64,000 bases of DNA, taken from contig CAZUKU010000018.1 in assembly GCA_964621045.1 (NCBI GenBank), forward strand, positions 3,061 to 67,060. Direction: 5' to 3'. Source of the stretch: an uncultured Gemmatimonas sp. Its GTDB lineage: Bacteria > Gemmatimonadota > Gemmatimonadetes > Gemmatimonadales > Gemmatimonadaceae. The position numbers and the translations under genes were made by a program. The notes under the pieces were generated by a model. It was not told where the DNA came from. It worked only from the letters and a program-made list of their open reading frames with translations, and ran no database searches. Shown one piece after another: positions 16,026 through 25,224 of the stretch (the first letter of the stretch is position 1; each line of letters begins with the position of its first letter).

Positions 16026-18808
16026 CACGCCCCGGCTCCCGCGGCCGAGCGCACCACGCCATCCGCCGCGGCCAGCGCCTCGTCGAGCCGCGAGGCGTCC
16101 GGCAGGCCGGCCTGCGCCATGTGCGGCTTGCCGCCGCCCCGCCCGCCCACCACGGCCGCGATATCGCGCACGAGGGCGTCGGCGCGCACGCCGCGCTCGC
16201 GGAGATCGTCGGTGACCACGGTGAGAAGCGCGCCCTTGCCGTCGCCGTAGTTCACGCCGAGCACGCCCACGCCGCTGCCGAGCGCGTCGCGCACGGCATC
16301 GCCGAGCGTCTGGAGGGCCTTGGCGTCGGGGACATCCACCCGGCCGGCCACGAGCGCGATGCCACCCACGTCGCGCTTGCCCGCGAGCAGCGATGCGGCC
16401 GCGCCGCCTCCGGCGCCGCCGCTCCGCATGGCGTCGTCGAGCCGCTTTTCGAGCGTGCGCCGCTCGTCGAGCAGGGCGTCGACCTTGCGCTCGAGCACAT
16501 CGAGCGAGCCGGTGCCGCCGCCGAGGTTGACCTTGAGCCGCTGCGCGATGGCCGTGAGCGAGCGGTCGCGTTCGTCGAGCAGCGTGAAGGCGCGCCGGCC
16601 GGTCACGGCTTCGATGCGGCGCACACCGGCGGCCACGCCCCCTTCGCTCACGAGGCGGAAGAGACCGATCTCGGCGGTGTTGCGCACGTGCGTGCCGCCG
16701 CACAGCTCCACGCTGAGCCCGGGAATGTTCACCACGCGCACCACGTCGCCGTACTTCTCGCCGAAGAGCGCCATGGCGCCGGCGGCGATGGCCTCGGCGT
16801 AGGGGCGTTCGGTGGTCTGCACGGGCGCCGCGTGCCAGATCGCGGCGTTCACCTGCCGTTCGATCGCGGCCGCCTGTTCGGCCGTGACGGGGCCATGGTG
16901 CGTGAAGTCGAAGCGCAGGCGATCCGGAGCCACGAGCGAGCCGGCCTGGTGCACGTGCTCGCCGAGCTGCTCGCGAAGCGCGGCGTGGAGCAGGTGCGTG
17001 GCGGTGTGATTGCGTTCGATGTCGTGGCGGCGGTCCCGCGGCACGCGCGCGATGCACGCGCCGAACGTGATGGTGCCGGTGGCGGTGCCGATCGCGGCGA
17101 TGCGTCCGTCGGCTTTCTTCACGTCGGTGACGTCCACGCGCCAGCCGTCGCCCACGATCTCGCCGTGGTCGGACACCTGTCCGCCCGACTCGGCGTAGAA
17201 CGGCGACTCGCGGAGCATGACGGCCACGCGGCCGTCGTCGAGCGTGCGCACGGCGGTGACGTCGGTATGCGCTTCGGTGGTCACGTAGCCCACGAACGCG
17301 TCGCCGGCCTGCTCCTCGCCGGCACGCGACCAGGCGGTGGGGTCGGCGAAGTCGTCGGCGCTCACGGTGAGACCGCGCGCGCGGCGATCCTCCTGCGACT
17401 GCCGGCGCTGTGCGCCGAGCGCGGCCTCGAAGCCGGCGATGTCCACGAGATAGCCGCGCTCGCGGGCCATGAGCTCCGTGAGGTCGACGGGGAACCCGTA
17501 CGTGTCGTACAGGCGGAACACGTCTTCCCCGGCGATCGTGCCGCGCACGGCGGTGGAGCCCTGCGTGGAGTTCGCGGGCGCGAGCTCGTCGAAGCGCTCC
17601 ATGCCGCCGCCGATCGTGGCGAGGAACCGCTCCTCCTCGGCGCGCGTGGTGGCGAGCAGATGCGAACGCCGCTGCTGCAGGTCGGGGTATACGTCGCGCA
17701 TGGTGTCGATGACGGTTTCCACCACGTGCACGAGCGTGGGCTCGCGGCGGCCGAGCAGCCAGGCGTGGCGCACGGCGCGGCGCAGGATGCGGCGAAGCAC
17801 GTAGCCGCGGCCCTCGTTGCTCGGGAAGACGCCGTCGGCGAGCAGGAACGCCACGGCGCGCGCGTGATCGGCGAGCACGCGGTACGACGCGGAATCCACC
17901 ACGCGTCCGTCGGGCGTGCGCGCGGTGCCGTCGCCACTGCCGGGACGCCACGGATACGGAATGCCGACGATCTCCTCGACCTTGGCGATGTAGGGCTGGA
18001 AGAGATCGGTGTGGAAGTTGTTGGTGACGCCCTGCTTCACGGCCGCGATGCGTTCGAGGCCGGCGCCGGTATCCACGCTGGGCCTGGGCAGCGGCACGAG
18101 CGTGCCGTCGCTCTGCCGGTCGAACTGCATGAACACGAGGTTCCAGATTTCGAGGAAGCGGCCGGCTTCGGCGCCTTCCACGAACGCGTCCTGCGAGAAG
18201 TCGGTGATGTCGGTGCGCGTCCACTCGCCTTCGGCGCCCTGCGGCACGGCCCAGTCCTTCGCGAGCGCGGCGAGGTCGACGTAGATCTCCGAGCAGGGGC
18301 CGCATGGACCGGTGTCGGCCATCTGCCAGAAGTTGTCCTTGTGGCCGAGTCCGTAGATGCGCTCCTCGGGCACGCCGGCGATCTCGCGCCAGAGCGCGCG
18401 CGCTTCGTCGTCTTCATAAAAGACGGTGACGCGGAGATGTTCAGGCGGGAGCCCGAGCTCTTCCGTGACGAACTGCCAGGCGAAGCGGATGGCGTCGCGC
18501 TTGAAGTAGTCGCCGAAGGAGAAGTTGCCGAGCATCTCGAAGAAGGTGTGATGCCGGGCGGTGTGCCCCACCTGTTCGAGATCGTTGTGCTTGCCGCCGG
18601 CGCGCACGCACTTCTGCGACGTGGTGGCGCGGCGTCCGAAGGCGGGATCCTCGAGACCGAGGAACACCTTCTTGAACGGCACCATGCCGGCGTTCGTGAA
18701 GAGGAGCGTGGGGTCGTCGCCGGGGACGAGGGAGGCCGACGGTCGAATGACGTGGCCGTGGCGTTCGAAGAACGCGAGGAATCGGGAGCGGATCTCGGAC
18801 GAAAGCAT
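16025..18808 (-). CDS. alaS: Alanine--tRNA ligase
   Basis: MLSSEIRSRFLAFFERHGH..., LLFTNAGMVPFK, an editing domain and a C-terminal DHHA1-like region. ATG at 18808 is preferred; an upstream GTG at 18838 is possible. Confidence 0.95.
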   Translation of the reverse strand: MLSSEIRSRFLAFFERHGHVIRPSASLVPGDDPTLLFTNAGMVPFKKVFLGLEDPAFGRRATTSQKCVRAGGKHNDLEQVGHTARHHTFFEMLGNFSFGDYFKRDAIRFAWQFVTEELGLPPEHLRVTVFYEDDEARALWREIAGVPEERIYGLGHKDNFWQMADTGPCGPCSEIYVDLAALAKDWAVPQGAEGEWTRTDITDFSQDAFVEGAEAGRFLEIWNLVFMQFDRQSDGTLVPLPRPSVDTGAGLERIAAVKQGVTNNFHTDLFQPYIAKVEEIVGIPYPWRPGSGDGTARTPDGRVVDSASYRVLADHARAVAFLLADGVFPSNEGRGYVLRRILRRAVRHAWLLGRREPTLVHVVETVIDTMRDVYPDLQQRRSHLLATTRAEEERFLATIGGGMERFDELAPANSTQGSTAVRGTIAGEDVFRLYDTYGFPVDLTELMARERGYLVDIAGFEAALGAQRRQSQEDRRARGLTVSADDFADPTAWSRAGEEQAGDAFVGYVTTEAHTDVTAVRTLDDGRVAVMLRESPFYAESGGQVSDHGEIVGDGWRVDVTDVKKADGRIAAIGTATGTITFGACIARVPRDRRHDIERNHTATHLLHAALREQLGEHVHQAGSLVAPDRLRFDFTHHGPVTAEQAAAIERQVNAAIWHAAPVQTTERPYAEAIAAGAMALFGEKYGDVVRVVNIPGLSVELCGGTHVRNTAEIGLFRLVSEGGVAAGVRRIEAVTGRRAFTLLDERDRSLTAIAQRLKVNLGGGTGSLDVLERKVDALLDERRTLEKRLDDAMRSGGAGGGAAASLLAGKRDVGGIALVAGRVDVPDAKALQTLGDAVRDALGSGVGVLGVNYGDGKGALLTVVTDDLRERGVRADALVRDIAAVVGGRGGGKPHMAQAGLPDASRLDEALAAADGVVRSAAGAGA

Positions 18809-18844
18809 AAGCGGGGTAATATATGCCCGTCCGGTCACCCGGTG

Positions 18845-19645
18845 TTACTCGTGCCAGGTGCTCGCGCGCGGCACCAGCGCGCGCACCACCTCCTGCACGA
18901 CATGTCCCGGAAACCCGCGGCGGAGGAGAAAGCCGATGAGGCGCCGACGCTGCACGTCGGGCGCATGGGCGCGGAGCGCACGGAGCCGCTTCTCCCCGGC
19001 CTCGCGGCAGAGCGCCGTGTCGTCGATCTGTTCCTCGAGGGCCACGTCCCGTACGGCCGCCTTCGCGACGTCATCGGCGACGCCCTTGCGCCGCAGCACC
19101 TGGCGGATGCGGCCGGCTCCTTCGCCCCGCCGGAAGCGCGCCGCGGCCTCGGCGCGGGCCACGGCGGCATCGTCGAGCAGCCCGCGCTCCTCGAGGCGCC
19201 GCAGGGCCTGTTCGATGTATTCGGGGTGAGGCTCGACCCGGCGGAGCTGCTGCTCGATCTCGCGGCGGGTGCGCCGCGCGCGGGCGAGCATGCCCAGCGC
19301 CCGGTCGGCGCAGGTGGTGAGCCGATGGTTCGCCTCGAGGCGGAGCACGGTAGCGGCATCGAGCTCCTGCCCTTTCCGCAGCGCGCCCGCGGCGGTGAGC
19401 GCCTCGGCGTCCACGAGCCACTCGCGGCCGTCGGTGAGCTTCACGCGGTAGCGGCCGGGCTTTCGCCCATGCTCCGCCACCCGCGCGATGCGCCCGGGCG
19501 TGCCGGCTTCGGGGCCAGTATCGGGAGAAGCCGACGCGGGGAATCCCGAACCAGCCGAGTGCGAGCCCGACCGGCCGGACGGGAAAAGAGCCGAGGGGCT
19601 ACTCACGATGAGCCGTGGTGATCCGGGCACCACTTCACACCGCAA
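18845..19645 (-). CDS. recX: Recombination regulator RecX
   Basis: Sits downstream of recA. Three-helix repeat pattern (ALGMLARARRTRREIEQQLRR...; ALRRLEERGLLDD...; RRGF). The start is uncertain: the track start is TTG at 19645, and GTG at 19480 is an alternative. Confidence 0.75.
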   Translation of the reverse strand: MRCEVVPGSPRLIVSSPSALFPSGRSGSHSAGSGFPASASPDTGPEAGTPGRIARVAEHGRKPGRYRVKLTDGREWLVDAEALTAAGALRKGQELDAATVLRLEANHRLTTCADRALGMLARARRTRREIEQQLRRVEPHPEYIEQALRRLEERGLLDDAAVARAEAAARFRRGEGAGRIRQVLRRKGVADDVAKAAVRDVALEEQIDDTALCREAGEKRLRALRAHAPDVQRRRLIGFLLRRGFPGHVVQEVVRALVPRASTWHE

Positions 19646-19697
19646 GCGACCCCTCGGCCCTTGCTTCCACGATCGCGCATGGCGCGCGCGTCCGGCC

Positions 19698-20741
<1,044 letters not shown>

Positions 20742-20829
20742 GATTCCACCCGTGTTGGTGAAGAGAGGTGCCACGCCCTGGCAACGCGGAATCTACCCCG
20801 CCCCAGAACCCGGCCAAGACCCGAACAAA

Positions 20830-21252
20830 CTACGAAACTTCGCGCCCGTGGACAACCCCCGAGTTTTCCACAATAGCGCCATACCCACCTGCAAGCGAAA
20901 AGGCGTCCTCCACGTGCCGCACCCGGACCCGGTCCCCCTGGACCAGCACGCCGACCACGTCGAACCGGTACTCGGCGCCCGGCGGACCGTGCCGGTCGAC
21001 CCAGGTGAGCGCCGACCGGGAGAGCTCGCGGCGCTTGCGGGCGTGGACCGCCTCCACCGGCGAACCGAAGGCATCCCCCCGGCGCGCCTTGACCTCCACG
21101 AAGGCGATGACGGAGCCGCGGCGCACGATGAGGTCCACGTCCCGGTGTCCGCTCCGGAAGCGGTGGGCCACGAGCTCCCACCCCTGCCGGCGCAGCCAGC
21201 GTGCCGCGATGCGCTCCCCGAGGAGCCCGAGTGCCTGCCGTGCTTTCGTCAT
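20830..21252 (-). CDS. yraN: YraN-family (UPF0102) endonuclease-like protein
   Basis: ATG at 21252. GERIAARWLRRQGWELVAHRFRSGHRDVDLIVRRGSVIAFVEVKAR... is typical of UPF0102. Confidence 0.8.
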   Translation of the reverse strand: MTKARQALGLLGERIAARWLRRQGWELVAHRFRSGHRDVDLIVRRGSVIAFVEVKARRGDAFGSPVEAVHARKRRELSRSALTWVDRHGPPGAEYRFDVVGVLVQGDRVRVRHVEDAFSLAGGYGAIVENSGVVHGREVS

Positions 21253-21407
21253 GGGCCCATGGTAACACGGTCCGGGCCAAACCCCTTCACCATTTTTCGC
21301 GCCGCGCAATCTTCGTATTGCCCAGTCCGGTACACGGCCGCACGTTTCCCACGCTTCCCTGCTCGCGCCTCCGCGGTGTCGTACGCCTCCTCCCTTCCAT
21401 CGCCCCC

Positions 21408-23903
21408 ATGCGTCCATCCCGGCTCGGTTCGGTAACCGCGCTGCTCATCCTCGGGATCACCGTGTACCTGGGAGCCCGCCCCGCCGGGCCGCTGCCACCG
21501 CTCGGCCCGCTGCTCGATCCGGCGAACGGACTGTTCGCCTCGGTGCATACGGCCGAGCTGCCGCCGCTGGCGGGCGGCACGATTCCCGGGCTCCAGGGAC
21601 CGGTGACCGTGCTGTATGACGACCGCGGGGTGCCGCACATCTTCGCCGCCAACACGCTCGATGCCTATCGCGCGCTCGGCTACGTGGTGGCGCGCGACCG
21701 GCTGTTCCAGATCGAGATGCAGACGCGCGCCGGCGGCGGCACGCTCACCGAGCTCGTGGGTCCGGCTGCGCTGCCGCTCGACCAGTCCACGCGCGCGCTC
21801 GGAATGCCCAGGGCGGCCGAGCAGCGCGTGGCGAACGCCGACACGACCACGCCGATGTGGCGCATGGTGACCGCATATGCGACCGGCGTGAACGCGTGGA
21901 TGCGCGGCCTGTCGCGCCGCGACCTGCCGGTGGAGTACAAGCTGCTCGGACGCGACCCGAGGCCGTACGGCGTGGTGGACATGATGCACCTCCTCAACCG
22001 CATGGGCTACACGCTCGCGTCCACCGAAGACGAGCTGCGGTATCTCCGGGCCGCCGCGCGCATCGGCCGGACGGCCGCGGACGCGCTCTTCCCCATACAC
22101 GCGCCGATCGTGGAACCGATCCAGCCCAACGGGCAGCAGAGCCCGCGGCGCGACCGCATCGTGATTCCGCCGCCGGGCGTGCCCGATTCCGCGGCGGTGG
22201 CGCTTGCGGCCCCGTTCGGCGACGTGGACCTGCGCGACGCGCTCGGGCTCCCCGCGCGCGGCCCCGACGCGGTGGGGAGCAACAACTGGGCGGTGGCGCC
22301 CGCGCGTTCGGCGAGCGGACACGCGCTGCTCGCCGGCGATCCGCACCTCGAGCTCACGCTGCCGTCGATCTGGTACGAGGCGCACCTCGTGGTGCCCGAT
22401 TCGCTCGACGTGTACGGCGTGACGATTCCCGGGCTCCCCGGCATCGTGATCGGGTTCAACCGCGACGTGGCGTGGACGTTCACGAACGTGGGCGCCGACG
22501 TGATGGACTTCTACCTCGAGCAGGTGGACGACCCCGTGAGCCCCACGCGCTACCGGCTCGACGGCGAATGGACGCCGCTCGAACGGCGCGTGGAGCGCTA
22601 TCTCGATCCGTCCGGCACGCTGCTCCGCGAAGACACGCTGCGCTACACGCACCGCGGGCCGCTCCGGCAGATCAACACGCGCTGGATCTCGCACCGCTGG
22701 ACCGTGCTCGAGGGGACGGCACGCGAGATGGAGTCCTTCGATCTCGCGGCGCGCTCGCGCACGACGCGCGAGCTGCTCGACCACATGGCGGAGCGGTTCC
22801 TCGTGCCGGCGCAGAACATGCTCGCCGCCGACCGCGAGGGAACGATCGGCATCCGCTCCACGGGCCGCTATCCGATCCGCCCCGATTCCGGACGCGGCGA
22901 CGTGCTGCGCGACGGGAGCACGCGACGCAGCGACTGGATCGGCGACTGGGCGGTGCGCGAATATCCGCAGGCGTTCTCGCCGCCGCAGGGGTTCCTCGCC
23001 TCCGCCAACCAGGAGCCGCTCGACCCGCGCGTGCAGCCGCGCTACCTCGGCGCCGACTGGGAGCGGCCGTGGCGCGCGATCCGCATCAACGAGCTGCTGC
23101 GCGGCCACGATGCCGTGACACCGGATGACATGCGCGCATGGCAGACCGAACCGCGCAGCGCCCGCGCCGATGCGTTCGTGCCCGTGTTCGTGCAGGTGGC
23201 GCGCAACGGGCCGCCGCGTCCGTCCCTGGTGCGCGCGGGGCAGATCCTCGGGGCGTGGGATCGCCGCTATACGCGCGACAACACCGCGGCCGTGCTCTTC
23301 GAGGCGGCCATGACGAACCTCTCGCGGCTGCTCTATGACGAGCTGCGCGGCGGCGAGGGCGACGACATGCCGTCCGGCCCGATTCCCAGCGACATGATGA
23401 CCGCCATCCTGCTCGACGACCCCACGCACGTGTGGTGGGACGTGCGCGCCACCGATGCCGTGGAATCCCGCGACGACATCATCACCGACGCGCTCGAAAC
23501 CGCGTACGACGATCTGATCGCGCGGTTCGGCGCGCCCGATTCCAGCACGTGGCAGTGGTCGCAGCACCGCACGGCCACCATCAACCACTTCCTGCGCATC
23601 CCGTCGTTCAGCCGGACGCGGATACCCATGCAGGGCGGCAGCGGCACCCTCAACCCGTCCACGGGCGCGGGAACGCACGGCGCGAGCTGGCGCATGGTGG
23701 TGGAGCTCGGCGAAGAGCCGAGCGCGCAGGGCACGTATCCCGGGGGACAGTCCGGACATCCGGCGAGCGTTCGCTACGACGACCGGCTCGCCGCCTGGAC
23801 CGACGGACGACTCGACGCCCTGCGCGTTCCCCGCACCGAAGGCGCGCTGCCGGCCGCGCAGCGCCTGGCCCGCCTGGAGCTCACGCCGGGGAGAAAGCCA
23901 TGA
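21408..23903 (+). CDS. Penicillin/AHL acylase-family Ntn hydrolase
   Basis: ATG at 21408 (MRPSRLGSVTALLILG anchor). Nucleophile context GSNNWAV, then LLAGDPHL. About 830 aa. Confidence 0.85.
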   Translation: MRPSRLGSVTALLILGITVYLGARPAGPLPPLGPLLDPANGLFASVHTAELPPLAGGTIPGLQGPVTVLYDDRGVPHIFAANTLDAYRALGYVVARDRLFQIEMQTRAGGGTLTELVGPAALPLDQSTRALGMPRAAEQRVANADTTTPMWRMVTAYATGVNAWMRGLSRRDLPVEYKLLGRDPRPYGVVDMMHLLNRMGYTLASTEDELRYLRAAARIGRTAADALFPIHAPIVEPIQPNGQQSPRRDRIVIPPPGVPDSAAVALAAPFGDVDLRDALGLPARGPDAVGSNNWAVAPARSASGHALLAGDPHLELTLPSIWYEAHLVVPDSLDVYGVTIPGLPGIVIGFNRDVAWTFTNVGADVMDFYLEQVDDPVSPTRYRLDGEWTPLERRVERYLDPSGTLLREDTLRYTHRGPLRQINTRWISHRWTVLEGTAREMESFDLAARSRTTRELLDHMAERFLVPAQNMLAADREGTIGIRSTGRYPIRPDSGRGDVLRDGSTRRSDWIGDWAVREYPQAFSPPQGFLASANQEPLDPRVQPRYLGADWERPWRAIRINELLRGHDAVTPDDMRAWQTEPRSARADAFVPVFVQVARNGPPRPSLVRAGQILGAWDRRYTRDNTAAVLFEAAMTNLSRLLYDELRGGEGDDMPSGPIPSDMMTAILLDDPTHVWWDVRATDAVESRDDIITDALETAYDDLIARFGAPDSSTWQWSQHRTATINHFLRIPSFSRTRIPMQGGSGTLNPSTGAGTHGASWRMVVELGEEPSAQGTYPGGQSGHPASVRYDDRLAAWTDGRLDALRVPRTEGALPAAQRLARLELTPGRKP

Positions 23904-24223
23904 CCATCGCGCGCATGCTGGGAGTGGCGATCGTGATCACGGCCGCCACGTGGTTCATGGGCTGGTGGGCCGTGCCGCTCGGCAGCGCCGGCTATGCCCT
24001 GCTGCGGCGCGGCGCGGACGGCACGGTGCGAGAGGCGACGCTCGGCGCCATGGTGTCGTGGGCCGCGCTTCTGGGGTGGCAGGCGTCGCAGCCCGCGTTC
24101 GGCCGGCTCGGCACCGCGCTGCGCGACGTGTTTCCGGTGCCCACGGTGGTGCTGCTGCTCGTGGTCGTGTGCTTTGCGGGGTTGCTCGCGTGGTCGGCGG
24201 CGCGGCTCGTGCACGGGCGCTGA
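23900..24223 (+). CDS. Small polytopic membrane protein (107 aa)
   Basis: ATG at 23900 overlaps the acylase TGA (ATGA). Three hydrophobic segments (MLGVAIVITAATWFMGWWAV..., AMVSWAALLGW, VVLLLVVVCFAGLLAW). Confidence 0.5.
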   Translation: MTIARMLGVAIVITAATWFMGWWAVPLGSAGYALLRRGADGTVREATLGAMVSWAALLGWQASQPAFGRLGTALRDVFPVPTVVLLLVVVCFAGLLAWSAARLVHGR

Positions 24224-24286
24224 GCGCGCGGTTCTCCGGCCGGCGCGACCGCGTCGTGACCCGCTGCGGCGGGATCTCGCGCGCGC

Positions 24287-25060
24287 CTACCGCCCGCGCT
24301 CGGCGAGGATGACCGCGGGGTCGTCGCTGATGATCCCCTGCACACCGAGCTCCCAGTAGCGCCGCGCTTCGGCCGCCGAGTTCACCGTCCACACGTGGGT
24401 GACGCCGCCGTGCCGCCGCATGAGCCGCGCAAAGGCACCGATCGGGACGGGGAAACCGTGATGCGACGGCGGAATGCACGCGGCCACGAACGACGGGGCG
24501 GGCCCGACGCGTCCGAGCAGCGCGGCGGGCAGCAACCGGAAGAGATCGCGCGTGCAGCCGCCCAGCGCGATCGGGCCGCCGATGAGCGACCGGGTGCTGC
24601 GCGCATCGAAGCCGGCCACGATCACACGGCGCTCCGCGGCATGGCGCGCCACGGCCGCGCGCACGGCATCGGTGGCGGCGGGCGTCTTGATCTCGATGAT
24701 GAGCGGCAGCGTGGGAAACGATTCCAGCACCGCATCGAGCGTGGGGATACGCACGCCCTGGCCGCGCCAGGGGAACGACCGGCCGTCGTCCTTCGTGAAG
24801 CGGTATCCCGCGTCGATGTCGGCGAGGTCGGCGAGCGTGCGCGCGGCGAGCGGCCCGGTGGCATCGGTGGTGCGATCGAGCGCAGGGTCGTGGTGCACGA
24901 CCGCTATGCCGTCCCGCGTAACGTGCACGTCGAACTCGAGCGCGTCCACGCCGAGCGCGACGGCTTCGTGCATGGATTCGAGCGTATCCTCCGGGGAATG
25001 CGCACGGTTCCCGCGGTGGCCGATGACGGGGCGCGCGTCGGGGTCGAGCAGAATGATCAT
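24287..25060 (-). CDS. ugpQ: Glycerophosphodiester phosphodiesterase
   Basis: GDPD motifs IGHRGNRAHSPEDTLES and EFDVHVTRDGIAVVHHD. Confidence 0.85.
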   Translation of the reverse strand: MIILLDPDARPVIGHRGNRAHSPEDTLESMHEAVALGVDALEFDVHVTRDGIAVVHHDPALDRTTDATGPLAARTLADLADIDAGYRFTKDDGRSFPWRGQGVRIPTLDAVLESFPTLPLIIEIKTPAATDAVRAAVARHAAERRVIVAGFDARSTRSLIGGPIALGGCTRDLFRLLPAALLGRVGPAPSFVAACIPPSHHGFPVPIGAFARLMRRHGGVTHVWTVNSAAEARRYWELGVQGIISDDPAVILAERGR

Positions 25061-25185
25061 TCCGGAAACTCACCGAAGGGCCGGCGGATATCGAGGGGCA
25101 TCGGGCGAGGCGTGTTCCGGGACATGCCGTGCATGGGGGCTGAACGCAGCCGGGGCGGCGCCTCCGTGGAAGCACCGCCCCGCCG

Positions 25186-25210
25186 GCCGACGGGCACGAA
25201 GCCCGCCGGC
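25186..25210 (-). terminator. Candidate terminator hairpin after the TonB-dependent receptor
   Basis: gccgacgggc-acgaa-gcccgccggc gives a 10-bp stem with one mismatch. It lies 15 nt beyond the stop (25225-25227). There is no clear U-tract. Confidence 0.3.
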
Positions 25211-25224
25211 ATGTCGTCAGGAAA

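Noticed and set aside
15627-18305. 892-aa minus-strand ORF overlapping alaS out of frame
   Set aside because: Only its last 132 codons (15627..16025), which lie downstream of the alaS stop, are kept as a possible gene. The rest is an alternative frame of alaS with Arg/Pro/Ala/Gly junk composition.
15842-19621. 1259-aa plus-strand ORF across the alaS-recX region
   Set aside because: It is antisense to unmistakable alaS and recX. Composition is Arg/Ala/Gly/His/Glu dominated with no domains recognisable.
20821-20842. Possible SOS/LexA operator upstream of recA (cgaagTTTCgtagtttGTTCgg on the recA strand, resembling a GTTC-N7-GTTC or CGAAC..GTTCG box)
   Set aside because: It is only a one-mismatch resemblance to motifs from other phyla. 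The LexA motif of this lineage is unknown to me, no lexA gene is in the window, and I found no second copy. Not supportable without a genome-wide motif search.
21249-23759. 836-aa minus-strand ORF opposite the penicillin acylase gene
   Set aside because: It is antisense to a gene with the Ntn-acylase SNNWAV nucleophile motif and shows a high-GC artefact composition.
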